Virus record (IMG/VR): IMGVR_UViG_3300013121_000003
Coordinates: 34,674-98,673 of that record
DNA length: 64,000 bases
Strand: one strand, 5' to 3'
Source of the DNA: a virus
Taxonomy: Duplodnaviria > Heunggongvirae > Uroviricota > Caudoviricetes
Shown: one piece after another, positions 9,579 through 18,191 of the stretch
Layout of the letters: each line of letters opens with the position of its first letter
Numbering within the stretch: the stretch's first letter is position 1
Notes under the pieces: model-generated
Database searches by the model: none
Told to the model about the DNA's origin: nothing
The model's input: the letters and a program-made list of their open reading frames with translations, nothing else
Made by a program: the position numbers and the translations under genes

Positions 9579-11252
9579 ATGGTTCAAGTCGTTGAAGGTT
9601 ATAGAGGTTCTACACTCTTAAAACGCCCAAATACTCCTATTCAATGGACACCACATATGGTGGAAGAGTATTTGAAATGTAAAAATTCAATCGAATATTT
9701 TACTGAAAAGTATATGAAGATTGTTTCTAAAGATCACGGTCTGGTTCCATTTATTCTTTATGATTATCAAAGAGAAATCATTTCAACAATTGACGCCAAC
9801 AGATTCACGGTTGTCGAATGCGCTAGACAAGCCGGAAAAACGGCGAGTTTAACTGCCTATGTTCTTCACTATATTCTTTTCCATGAACACAAGGTTGTGG
9901 CCATTGTTGCCAACAAAGGCGATACTGCCAGAAAGATTCTTTCTTCTATTCAGTTCGCATATGAGAGATTGCCACTCTGGCTTCAGCAAGGAATTATTGA
10001 ATGGAACAAGGGTTCATTAGAACTTGAGAATGGATGTAAGATTGTCGCCGCCGCAACAACAGCCGACAACCTTCGTGGATGGTCAATCGACATTCTCTTT
10101 GTTGACGAAGCCGCACACATTGAAAATTGGGAAGCATTTTGGACTTCTATTCGTCCAACTATTTCATCTGGTAAATCGACTAAGGTTGTTCTGGTTTCAA
10201 CCGTCAATGGAATGAATCATTTCCATCAGATTACTCAGGGAGCCAGAAAGAAGGGAACCCCAGAATGGAACGGCTGGCAGCTTATTTCCGTCAAGTGGGA
10301 TCAAGTTCCAGGAAGAGATGAAGCATGGAAAGAAGAAGAACTTCGATCTAACAACTACAATTATGATCTATTCGCACAAGAATATGAAAACGAATATCTT
10401 GGAAGTTCTGGAACTCTAATTGCTGGGTGGAAGTTGAAAGAGTTAATTGCCCAAGATACAGTTAATCCAATATTTGCAGAATACAATATTTTCCAATACA
10501 AAGAACCCAAGCCAGATAGAAGATATCTGTTGGTTGCTGACGTTTCAGAAGGAAAAGGTTTGGATTATTCAGCATTCCAGGTCATTGACATTTCAGAAAT
10601 GCCATATGAACAAGTCTGTTGCTTTAGAGACAATCAAATTGTTCCAGGAGACTTCGCTGAAATTATCAATAGAGTTGGAAGAGCTTACAACGAAGCTTTC
10701 TTATTAGTCGAAATTAATTCAATAGGACAACAAGTTTCTGAAATTCTGTTTAATGACTATGAATACGAAAATATGTTGCATACAGAAAATAAAGGAAGAC
10801 TCGGAAAGAGAGTTATCGTTTCGTTTGGAATCCAACCAGGAAGTGAAAGAGGAATTCGAACAACAACGCCTGTCAAGAGAATTGGTTGTTCTATGTTAAA
10901 AATACTAATTGAACAAAACCAATTGATAATTCACGATTACAATACGATTGCTGAATTAACTTGGTTCATCAAAGACAAGAATACATATAATGCAGAGAAA
11001 GGAAAGAACGACGATCTTGTTTCTTCTCTCTTCTTATTTGCTTGGCTATCGGATCAACCATTCTTCAAAGAAGTCTCTGAAATTCAGACTCTACTCAAGA
11101 TACGAGAAAGGACCACCGAGCAATATCAATCGCTTGGCGGTCCCTTGGTTGTTTCGACGAACGGAGTAGATGACAAGCCAGAATTTCAGAAACGAGGGAA
11201 TGATTACTGGCTTGAATCGGCTGAATTGAAGGACTATTCGAAGCTCTTATAG
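9579..11252 (+). CDS. gp17: Terminase large subunit, inverted relative to its neighbours
   Basis: 557 aa; Walker A CARQAGKT, ILFVDEAAHI, VSTVNGMNHF, FAQEYENEYLGSSGTLI, ADVSEGKGLDYSAFQVID, NDDLVSSL. Confidence 0.97.
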   Translation: MVQVVEGYRGSTLLKRPNTPIQWTPHMVEEYLKCKNSIEYFTEKYMKIVSKDHGLVPFILYDYQREIISTIDANRFTVVECARQAGKTASLTAYVLHYILFHEHKVVAIVANKGDTARKILSSIQFAYERLPLWLQQGIIEWNKGSLELENGCKIVAAATTADNLRGWSIDILFVDEAAHIENWEAFWTSIRPTISSGKSTKVVLVSTVNGMNHFHQITQGARKKGTPEWNGWQLISVKWDQVPGRDEAWKEEELRSNNYNYDLFAQEYENEYLGSSGTLIAGWKLKELIAQDTVNPIFAEYNIFQYKEPKPDRRYLLVADVSEGKGLDYSAFQVIDISEMPYEQVCCFRDNQIVPGDFAEIINRVGRAYNEAFLLVEINSIGQQVSEILFNDYEYENMLHTENKGRLGKRVIVSFGIQPGSERGIRTTTPVKRIGCSMLKILIEQNQLIIHDYNTIAELTWFIKDKNTYNAEKGKNDDLVSSLFLFAWLSDQPFFKEVSEIQTLLKIRERTTEQYQSLGGPLVVSTNGVDDKPEFQKRGNDYWLESAELKDYSKLL

Positions 11253-12230
11253 CTTCGTGTATTTCAGATTTGGCGGAAAGTATTCATTATTTTTGTTGTT
11301 AGGATTATCAACTTCCGACAAGATTTGGTCGATATCCTTGGAACTTCCGTGCTGGATATGGAACATATGAAGGGGAACGAACTCTTTCAGATGTGGATCG
11401 TGTTCAACCAGCTTGTGGAAAGCACCTTTTTGAATGGAACGATCCTCAACATCCATGAACTGGCTCGATGGCCGATGGAATTGCCACTTCGGAATTCGGC
11501 CAGCCGAGTCTTTCGGGAAGTTCGGATGATTGACCGAAATAACGAACAAATTCTCTTGAGGATGATAGGAACCGAAAGCATTACCCTCATAACGACGGGC
11601 TTGTGCCTGTTCTGGTGAGAGACCTTTCTTGATCAGATCGTCATAGCGATCCGAAGCCGTGCACCAACGAGTGCCCTTGCCATAGAGGCAAGCACCTTCG
11701 ATGGTCTTGATGCGATGGATCATCACACCAGAAGTTGGATTGTGATAGACGAGATCGGCACCTTCAGCCTTCTTCAATCGCTCTTTCTCGTTCTCCGAGA
11801 CGGCTTCAACATCCTTGAGCGGATGAACAACGGCTTCCAAGTCATGGAGAGACTTGTAGGAATTCAAGTCTTTGTTGGCAATCTTTCCCTTGTGTTTCTC
11901 GAAAATGGACAAAGCTTCGTGCATCCGGCCAGCGTCTTCTTGCTTGAGGCCACCACGATGATACATGTTCACCAAATTTTGGGTATACTTCTTATTATCG
12001 GACGGATCGGCGTGCTTGGCAATGTGATCGATGATTTCGTCGTTAGTGGTCAACTTGCCACGAGGATCGTGCGTTGAAGCATGTTCAGGAGTATAGAGAG
12101 TTTTCTTAGCCCACTGACCCTTGATGAAGTTGATGCGAGCATCAAACTTGTTCTCAAGGATGGTGGTAAATCGTTTGAACGACAACATATCTTTTCCTTT
12201 ATTCTCTTCTTTCAATTTCTTGTCTGCCAT
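11247..12230 (-). CDS. Phage hypothetical protein with a GKGTRWCT motif; second possible start at 12188 (MLSFKRF)
   Basis: DPSDNKKYTQNL, KDLNSYKSL, ACLYGKGTRWCTA, KWQFH, QFMDVEDR. Looks GC-rich. AAGGA RBS precedes the 12188 ATG. Confidence 0.75.
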   Translation of the reverse strand: MADKKLKEENKGKDMLSFKRFTTILENKFDARINFIKGQWAKKTLYTPEHASTHDPRGKLTTNDEIIDHIAKHADPSDNKKYTQNLVNMYHRGGLKQEDAGRMHEALSIFEKHKGKIANKDLNSYKSLHDLEAVVHPLKDVEAVSENEKERLKKAEGADLVYHNPTSGVMIHRIKTIEGACLYGKGTRWCTASDRYDDLIKKGLSPEQAQARRYEGNAFGSYHPQENLFVISVNHPNFPKDSAGRIPKWQFHRPSSQFMDVEDRSIQKGAFHKLVEHDPHLKEFVPLHMFHIQHGSSKDIDQILSEVDNPNNKNNEYFPPNLKYTKL

Positions 12231-12264
12231 TTGTTCGCTCTCTATCTAGGATGATGGACGATGA

Positions 12265-12292
12265 ACCATATCATAGAGAACATGCTTGTCAA
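12265..12292 (-). promoter_or_regulatory. Putative sigma70-type promoter for the 11247-12230 gene
   Basis: TTGACA (12292-12287), 16-nt spacer, TATGGT (12270-12265). Confidence 0.5.
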
Positions 12293-12697
12293 TTATTTTT
12301 TCCCTTGACTCTCGATCATTCGTGCCAAATCAGCGGTCGAACAGACTAGGATGTTGTTAACTGGTGATTTATTGTCACCAGCTTCGGGAGACATACTTTT
12401 GTCTAATTTTTTAATTTCAAGTAATTCACGATTTGCTTCAACCATTGTCTTTAAAAGTAATGTCATATTTTCAAAGAAACGAGCATGTTGTGTTTGCATT
12501 GCCAATGATTTACATTCGGCAATAGCATCTGCGCCTTCTTTCATTAGTTCAATTAAATTACCTTTAGCAATTTCATATTCATTGTCATCCGAATCAACAA
12601 TATTGTCTAAACGCTTCCGTAATTCAGAAGGTTCACGAATTATATTTTCTGGTTCTATGTCTAAAGCATTTGTCAAATCATCGAAAACCGAACGCAT
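12293..12697 (-). CDS. gp16: Terminase small subunit
   Basis: 134 aa after gp15; EYEIAKGNLIELMKEGADAI, HARFFENMTLLLKTMVEANRELL, NNILVCSTADLARMI. Confidence 0.85.
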   Translation of the reverse strand: MRSVFDDLTNALDIEPENIIREPSELRKRLDNIVDSDDNEYEIAKGNLIELMKEGADAIAECKSLAMQTQHARFFENMTLLLKTMVEANRELLEIKKLDKSMSPEAGDNKSPVNNILVCSTADLARMIESQGKK

Positions 12698-12734
12698 TTA
12701 TTTACTCCAAAAGTTTATTATGAATATTTAGTAA

Positions 12735-13580
12735 TTACTCAAAACTTATTGGCCCAGAAGTAAATTCTTCGATAAATCCAAAGTCCGTATTTGCGAAAAT
12801 GGTATTTGCGTTGACAGTCAATGATGCGTTCGATGTTGCGACTCCATTGGCATCTTGACCAGGAGAGACAACAATTTCTTGCAGAACATCTGTGTTTGCA
12901 ACAGAATCATCAATGTCAGAAGTAGAAGAAATAATAAATCGTTCGTGGGCAAACTTGATAATTGGCTTCGACTTGATTGGTCCAAAGAAGGCGGTCTTGA
13001 CAGTAAAGCTTAGAGTCCAAATAAAGACTCGTCTATCTGTAAAGTTTCCATCATATTTGTCTTCAAATGAAACGTTTTTAAGTTCAACAGGAATGTCAAG
13101 TGAAATTCCCATTTCTGGAATGATATTGACACTTAATGTCCAGTCTGGGGTGAAGAACGGAATGATTTGTTCAATGATCTTATTTCCATCTTCTATGTTG
13201 TTAACATAGACATAGAGATTGAAATTCATGTCATAAGGAACTTGGATGTATTGTCTCATAAGTTTGTTAGAGTTGTCGTCATCTCTGACAACATATCTCG
13301 TCATATGAGACATTCTTCTTTCTGCTGCGTATCGGAAAGGTGGAATGATTTCAAACGCCATACGAGGCAAAACGATAGCAGCTTCTTTTGTAGCGTCTGG
13401 ATCAACATCAGCACGAAGCAGAAGTTTATTCTTGGGTGCATAAGTTAATGGAACACGGATAATTTGTGAGACACTTCCATCTGCTGCGTATCTGTGGAAG
13501 TGAATGTCATTGAACATTGTTCCAAACATAGCAACCATTTTACGAATAGTTGAGTGATAAAATGGTGCGTTTCCGAGCAT
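12735..13580 (-). CDS. gp15: Tail sheath stabiliser/terminator
   Basis: FYHSTIRKMVAMFGTMFNDI, VPLTYAPKNK, LPRMAFEI, VPYDMNFNL, IIEQIIPFFTPD, GNFTDRRVFIWTLSFTVK. Confidence 0.95.
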   Translation of the reverse strand: MLGNAPFYHSTIRKMVAMFGTMFNDIHFHRYAADGSVSQIIRVPLTYAPKNKLLLRADVDPDATKEAAIVLPRMAFEIIPPFRYAAERRMSHMTRYVVRDDDNSNKLMRQYIQVPYDMNFNLYVYVNNIEDGNKIIEQIIPFFTPDWTLSVNIIPEMGISLDIPVELKNVSFEDKYDGNFTDRRVFIWTLSFTVKTAFFGPIKSKPIIKFAHERFIISSTSDIDDSVANTDVLQEIVVSPGQDANGVATSNASLTVNANTIFANTDFGFIEEFTSGPISFE

Positions 13581-13582
13581 GA

Positions 13583-14083
13583 TTAAACTTTAATCCTCTG
13601 TTTTCCGTTGTTGTCGAAATGACCAAGTTGTTTCAATTTTTCTCTATGAGAATCGTCGCCATGTCTCCAAATTAATCTGGCTGTATCGCTATTTAATTTA
13701 TGTTTATTCATGAGGTTATGAAGCTGTTCATGATCTGAACGATAAGCAATTTCATATTTAGTACAATCATCTAAATCATGTTCATTAACTAATCTATCAA
13801 TATTTTTCTCTGATCCTTTTTTCGCAATTTCTTCTTTAGCGACATGTGGTAAAGGTCCGTTTAATAATTTATGATGAAACTCTGGAAAAAAATAAGCAAC
13901 TCGAAATTTACAATTATCACTTAATTTATGTTTTTCTAGCAATTTTCTAACATGATTTTTGTTTTGTTTAATAATAATTCCTGTATACTCTTCTTCAGAC
14001 AAATGAGGTTTATCAATAAGTTTATCCACATAACCAGGATGATCTTTTTCGATTAATTTACAAGATGAAAATTTATCTAGCAT
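13583..14083 (-). CDS. MLDKY-family 26-aa helical-repeat protein (copy 1)
   Basis: MLDKFSS start; repeats such as IAKKGSEKNIDRLVNEHDLDDCTKYEIAY; TAATG overlap with the gp14 stop. Confidence 0.75.
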   Translation of the reverse strand: MLDKFSSCKLIEKDHPGYVDKLIDKPHLSEEEYTGIIIKQNKNHVRKLLEKHKLSDNCKFRVAYFFPEFHHKLLNGPLPHVAKEEIAKKGSEKNIDRLVNEHDLDDCTKYEIAYRSDHEQLHNLMNKHKLNSDTARLIWRHGDDSHREKLKQLGHFDNNGKQRIKV

Positions 14084-14814
14084 TAGTAATTCTTCTCACT
14101 AAATGGATTGCTTTCCGTAAAATCTACAATTGTGTCTTCATTCTGTTCTGTTTGGATAGCGACGTTATCATCTCCCATGTCAATGTCTAAAACGGTCTGA
14201 TAACCAGACGAGACGATCATAGAACCATCATGACTGACCATGTAATAATTCGAATGATCGATGATGCCATGATCGATGATGTTTTGAGTATGCGTTCTGA
14301 ACATAACGTCGATTGCATCGATTCCAGTGATGAATTTTTCTGACGAGTATTCATAGACTTCACAAGTCATATTGAAAGTTTGAAGATGTCCGAGTTGATA
14401 AAACGTAGGCTTATTGTCCACGAACATGATTTGGAAAATCTTTCTGTTCATGGGGAAGTAAATTAAGTCACCTTCTCTGGGAGCCAATATATCTTCAGGA
14501 GTTCCGATTTCTAGGTCGAAACGTCTCCGAGAAATTGTAAAGATTATTTGATCACGAATTTCCACGTCAAATTTAGACATGAAAATTCTATCACCACTGA
14601 ACCCATCAATAGATTTAATATACATTTCAACAGGATAAGCAGTGTCGAATGTTGACTGATCATCCGAATAAGTTAATTGATCAAAGTTGTTTCTTCTTCT
14701 GGGGAGATAAAGAAATTCCTGTCCATATTGCTTGATCGACTCGATAACCAAGTCTTCTAGCAAGTTTTGTTCTGATGTTCTTTTATCTGTTAAGAAGAAT
14801 GTGTTAAGAGTCAT
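14083..14814 (-). CDS. gp14: Neck protein
   Basis: [67 protein letters not shown]. Start placed at the ATGA overlap with the HNH stop. Confidence 0.95.
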   Translation of the reverse strand: MTLNTFFLTDKRTSEQNLLEDLVIESIKQYGQEFLYLPRRRNNFDQLTYSDDQSTFDTAYPVEMYIKSIDGFSGDRIFMSKFDVEIRDQIIFTISRRRFDLEIGTPEDILAPREGDLIYFPMNRKIFQIMFVDNKPTFYQLGHLQTFNMTCEVYEYSSEKFITGIDAIDVMFRTHTQNIIDHGIIDHSNYYMVSHDGSMIVSSGYQTVLDIDMGDDNVAIQTEQNEDTIVDFTESNPFSEKNY

Positions 14815-15287
14815 TTTAGATGATTCCAAATTTTTCTATGTTTTATATAAGATATTAATCCAGGAGAAACACAATAATCCTTTGCAATTTTTGTGTGTTT
14901 TTCGTTGTTATTAATTCTCTTTCTAATTTCTAAAACATCATTATCTTTTAATTTTGATAAACCGTGCCGTTCACCTTTAGAATTAATTTTTCTTCCTTTT
15001 GAATCTCTATCTAAAGAATTTTCATATGGTGTTCCTAAAAATAAATGATTAGGATTACAACAACTAGGGTTATCACATTTATGACAAACTAATAATGAAC
15101 CTGGATCAATTTTAAAAGTTAATATCCAAGATGCTCTATGTGCTCTAATATCATTTTTTTCGAATAATTTCCAAAATTTTCCATAACCATCTTTATCTTT
15201 ACCACATTTCCATTCCCAACAAGAATCCTTATCTAAAATATTAACTTTTGACCAAAATCTATCTATAGGATTTAATTTTTTTTTCAT
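14811..15287 (-). mobile_element. Free-standing HNH homing endonuclease
   Basis: [56 protein letters not shown]-rich; overlaps the gp13 stop (TGATG) and the gp14 start (ATGA). Confidence 0.9.
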
Positions 15288-16270
15288 CAAGATACTATGT
15301 CCAATACTGGTATACTCCAACTGTTAAGAAGTTCATCGTCTAGAACTTTTAATTCTTCAACAGCTTCATCGTATATCGTTTGACCAGAAAAAACAATGCC
15401 TCCTGGCAACATCATTCCACTGAACTTCTTCAGATTCGTTCCCCATTGTTTCTTCATGAGTTCTGTGGCATAGCGAATGAGCCAACGATCCTTCCAAATA
15501 TCTGTATACGTATCAGGATCAAGAACATTATAGCATTCAAAAACAATATATTCGCCTAATGTCAATCTCTGTTTGGCTTTATCAATATAGAGTCGATTAT
15601 GGTTCTTATTATAACGAAATGGAGTCTGTCCAACCAGAACATCGTGGAACAACTGAAGATGCTGCATTGACATGTAGTAAGGAACTAACTGAGAATTCGT
15701 CAATGTATAGATGTTGTTTAATGCCATTTGGTAGTTAATTGAAAACATATCGGCACCAGTTGACAAGTATGAAAGTGGAAAGACTCTAGAGATTCCGATT
15801 ATGTTTTCTGGCAATTCGATATAACCACCGAGTTCCGCTGTAATCGAAGCACCAGAACCACCAGATGTTGTGATAGAAATTGTTGGGGTTGTTGCGTATC
15901 CAGCACCATTGTTAGCTAGATTGACCGCAGTGATTGTTCCGTTTCCATTTGTGGTAATTGTTGCTTCTGCATTTGCAGAAAGAGCATGATGCCCATTAGA
16001 AGAAAAAACAACAGTATCAGAATTCGAATATCCGGTTCCACCAGATACAAGAGTTAAATGATGAATAGCGTCTGAGAATAGATTAGCTACTACTTGATAT
16101 TTGTAATAATGCTTGATGGTTCCATCGAAATGATATTCAGCATACTTAGAAAGTGCATAGTCAATTTGATTCTGAATTTGCTCTTCAGCCAAATTGATTT
16201 CGAGAACCGGAGCACCAAGCTGTTCTAGACAATATTCTTTGAATTCTGTTCTACTTGCAGGAAGAGCCAT
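15287..16270 (-). CDS. gp13: Neck protein with an inserted beta-rich module
   Basis: [95 protein letters not shown]. Confidence 0.95.
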   Translation of the reverse strand: MALPASRTEFKEYCLEQLGAPVLEINLAEEQIQNQIDYALSKYAEYHFDGTIKHYYKYQVVANLFSDAIHHLTLVSGGTGYSNSDTVVFSSNGHHALSANAEATITTNGNGTITAVNLANNGAGYATTPTISITTSGGSGASITAELGGYIELPENIIGISRVFPLSYLSTGADMFSINYQMALNNIYTLTNSQLVPYYMSMQHLQLFHDVLVGQTPFRYNKNHNRLYIDKAKQRLTLGEYIVFECYNVLDPDTYTDIWKDRWLIRYATELMKKQWGTNLKKFSGMMLPGGIVFSGQTIYDEAVEELKVLDDELLNSWSIPVLDIVS

Positions 16271-16300
16271 ATGAAATACCTACTATTGTTATTTTGTAGG

Positions 16301-16308
16301 TATTTATA
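16301..16308 (-). promoter_or_regulatory. T4-late-type promoter TATAAATA upstream of gp13
   Basis: Exact T4 late consensus about 30 nt before the gp13 start. Confidence 0.75.
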
Positions 16309-16564
16309 AACCCTTTTTATTCAATCGTCTTAATATGTCCTGATGAAGAAGAGGATCATGATGTTTGGAAAATAAATGATTGATTATCTTATGTTGGTTT
16401 TCGTGAGACATTTCATATGTTTCATGAGTAAATCTTTTTCGTTGAAATATTCTATATGAAATTCCATTTGTAACAGAAGAATTTATAGGGAAATTATCAA
16501 TTACATTTAGAAATATAGGGTTGATATCCAGACTTGTAGATGCTCTTGACCGTGTGAAAATCAA
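16304..16564 (-). CDS. Small hypothetical protein coupled to the radical SAM gene
   Basis: 86 aa; ATGA overlap with the radical SAM stop; fills the gap to the gp13 promoter. Confidence 0.5.
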   Translation of the reverse strand: MIFTRSRASTSLDINPIFLNVIDNFPINSSVTNGISYRIFQRKRFTHETYEMSHENQHKIINHLFSKHHDPLLHQDILRRLNKKGL

Positions 16565-17898
16565 GCTCTATCTTGTCCCCACAAGTCTTGTCGTTCTTTG
16601 GGAAGTTCGTATCCATGAGCTTCAATCCTAAACGGCAACCATCCTGTCATGAACTCTATAAATGTGGCGAAAAATGGGATATGGTCAGAATAAGCATTGT
16701 CGCATGACTTTGAGAATAATTCTCCCTTCAAGAACATGCAGGAGCCTTGACACGCCTGAAGAACTGGACAGTTTGAACATGATTCTCTGTGTTTCCAATG
16801 AGTTGCCGTCGTCAATTTAACTTTTTCTAGATTGTTCAGATGACCAATCAAATGACTTCTTCCATTTGGTGCCGTGGATACAGATGAAACATTTTGACAT
16901 GTCAATACGTTTCCACGAAGATCAACGGCCAAAGCTCCTGGGTCGTCCATTCCACACTTCTGGCCAAGTGTATCGGCATGTCTCTGTGCAACAATAGAAT
17001 CATACCATGTTTTAAATCTAGAACGAAGAATTATAAAATTGTTTATTTGTTTTTCTCTGATTTGAAATACCGTTTCTCTTCTGAAATCATAATGAAGTTT
17101 TTTGTCATCAATCAAATTATTTAAACCACCTTCATCATATGCGTCGATAAATCCACCTTCACCAATATTAAACTCAGAATGACCAAGAACATTCGTGAAA
17201 AAATCTTGAATTTCTTTTCTATTAAAATTTCTGCGATGGAGCATAGAATTAAATGAAGTATTTTTCGGTCTTTTTTCGAATAAAGTTAATATATTCTTTC
17301 TAATATCCGCATCTTCAAAAGGGTCTGGGCCACGAATAGATTGACCAGGACCATCGTGTGAAATTCCAACATTTACATTCAATTCTTCAATCCAATCTAT
17401 AACTTCAGATGTTAATAAAGAACCGTTTGTGATCATCAAGAATGATGCTTTTGGATAGAGTTCTTTGAGTTTATATGAAAGAGGTTTGATTGTCTTCCAA
17501 TATACTAATGGCTCTCCACCCCAAAATTGAATATTCTTAGGAGATTCAGAAAGTTTTTTTGAAACCATCTTAATGAAATGGTCGATATGTTTGTTAGAAG
17601 TTTCTTCAGCCGTTGGAACAAATCTCTGAAGACAATATTCACACGAATAATTGCATGATAAACCAAGTTGAATTTTCAGAGTATGAATTTTGTCGGATTT
17701 ACCAACAGGATTTTGTTCAGAAGTAGCAAAAACATTCTTATTAAATTTAATATTGAATTTATTCTCAAATTCGAATGGTTTTCCGTCTTCATCCCATAAT
17801 TCAGACGTTTGATTGTCATACGTCAGTTTTCCAATTTTTATATCTTTAATTTGATTATTTTCAAAAACAGGTTTAGTACACCATAATGTAAACTTCAT
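16561..17898 (-). CDS. Radical SAM enzyme with a C-terminal SPASM domain (peptide/protein maturase type)
   Basis: CNYSCEYC (CxxxCxxC), FWGGEPL, ITNG, GISHDGP; SPASM C-x13-G-x4-C (CGMDDPGALAVDLRGNVLTC) and C-x2-C-x5-C-x3-C (CSNCPVLQACQGSC) plus a further Cys; AAGGA RBS. Confidence 0.95.
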   Translation of the reverse strand: MKFTLWCTKPVFENNQIKDIKIGKLTYDNQTSELWDEDGKPFEFENKFNIKFNKNVFATSEQNPVGKSDKIHTLKIQLGLSCNYSCEYCLQRFVPTAEETSNKHIDHFIKMVSKKLSESPKNIQFWGGEPLVYWKTIKPLSYKLKELYPKASFLMITNGSLLTSEVIDWIEELNVNVGISHDGPGQSIRGPDPFEDADIRKNILTLFEKRPKNTSFNSMLHRRNFNRKEIQDFFTNVLGHSEFNIGEGGFIDAYDEGGLNNLIDDKKLHYDFRRETVFQIREKQINNFIILRSRFKTWYDSIVAQRHADTLGQKCGMDDPGALAVDLRGNVLTCQNVSSVSTAPNGRSHLIGHLNNLEKVKLTTATHWKHRESCSNCPVLQACQGSCMFLKGELFSKSCDNAYSDHIPFFATFIEFMTGWLPFRIEAHGYELPKERQDLWGQDRA

Positions 17899-17915
17899 AA
17901 TTTATCCTTTTGATT

Positions 17916-18191
17916 TTAACCACCACCGTCGCCATCGCCACAAACACATGCACATACACATATACAATTTCCATATATTCCCCTCATATCAGAAAAACCT
18001 ATAGAACTAGAAACTGAGGGAAATGCTTTATATGAAGCACCAGTATAATAATATTTTCCTCTATAAAAATTTAAGTTATATAAATCTGAATCTGTTGTTC
18101 CAAAAGAAGAAGGATTAGGTGTAGTTACACCATAAAATTCATTTCTAATATCTGTGAATGAAATAGGATTTGGAACAATAGGTGTTACCAT
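17916..18191 (-). CDS. Small protein with a fibre-tip-like N-terminus and a C-terminal CxCxCxCxC-GDGDGGG core; candidate radical SAM substrate
   Basis: 91 aa ending GNCICVCACVCGDGDGGG. Overlaps the fibre stop (ATGGTAA) and ends 17 nt before the radical SAM start. Confidence 0.7.
   Translation of the reverse strand: MVTPIVPNPISFTDIRNEFYGVTTPNPSSFGTTDSDLYNLNFYRGKYYYTGASYKAFPSVSSSIGFSDMRGIYGNCICVCACVCGDGDGGG

Noticed and set aside
2721-11252. Introns or inteins in gp17, gp18 or gp20
   Set aside because: Each is a single uninterrupted ORF of ordinary size with no intein motifs
11325-12077. Plus-strand ORFs of 97 and 120 aa
   Set aside because: Antisense shadows of the 327-aa gene
15830-16080. 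Beta-rich GGTGY/GAGY insertion in gp13
   Set aside because: The same module recurs in gp7, gp8 and the VrlC-like proteins here and appears to be a routine decoration domain
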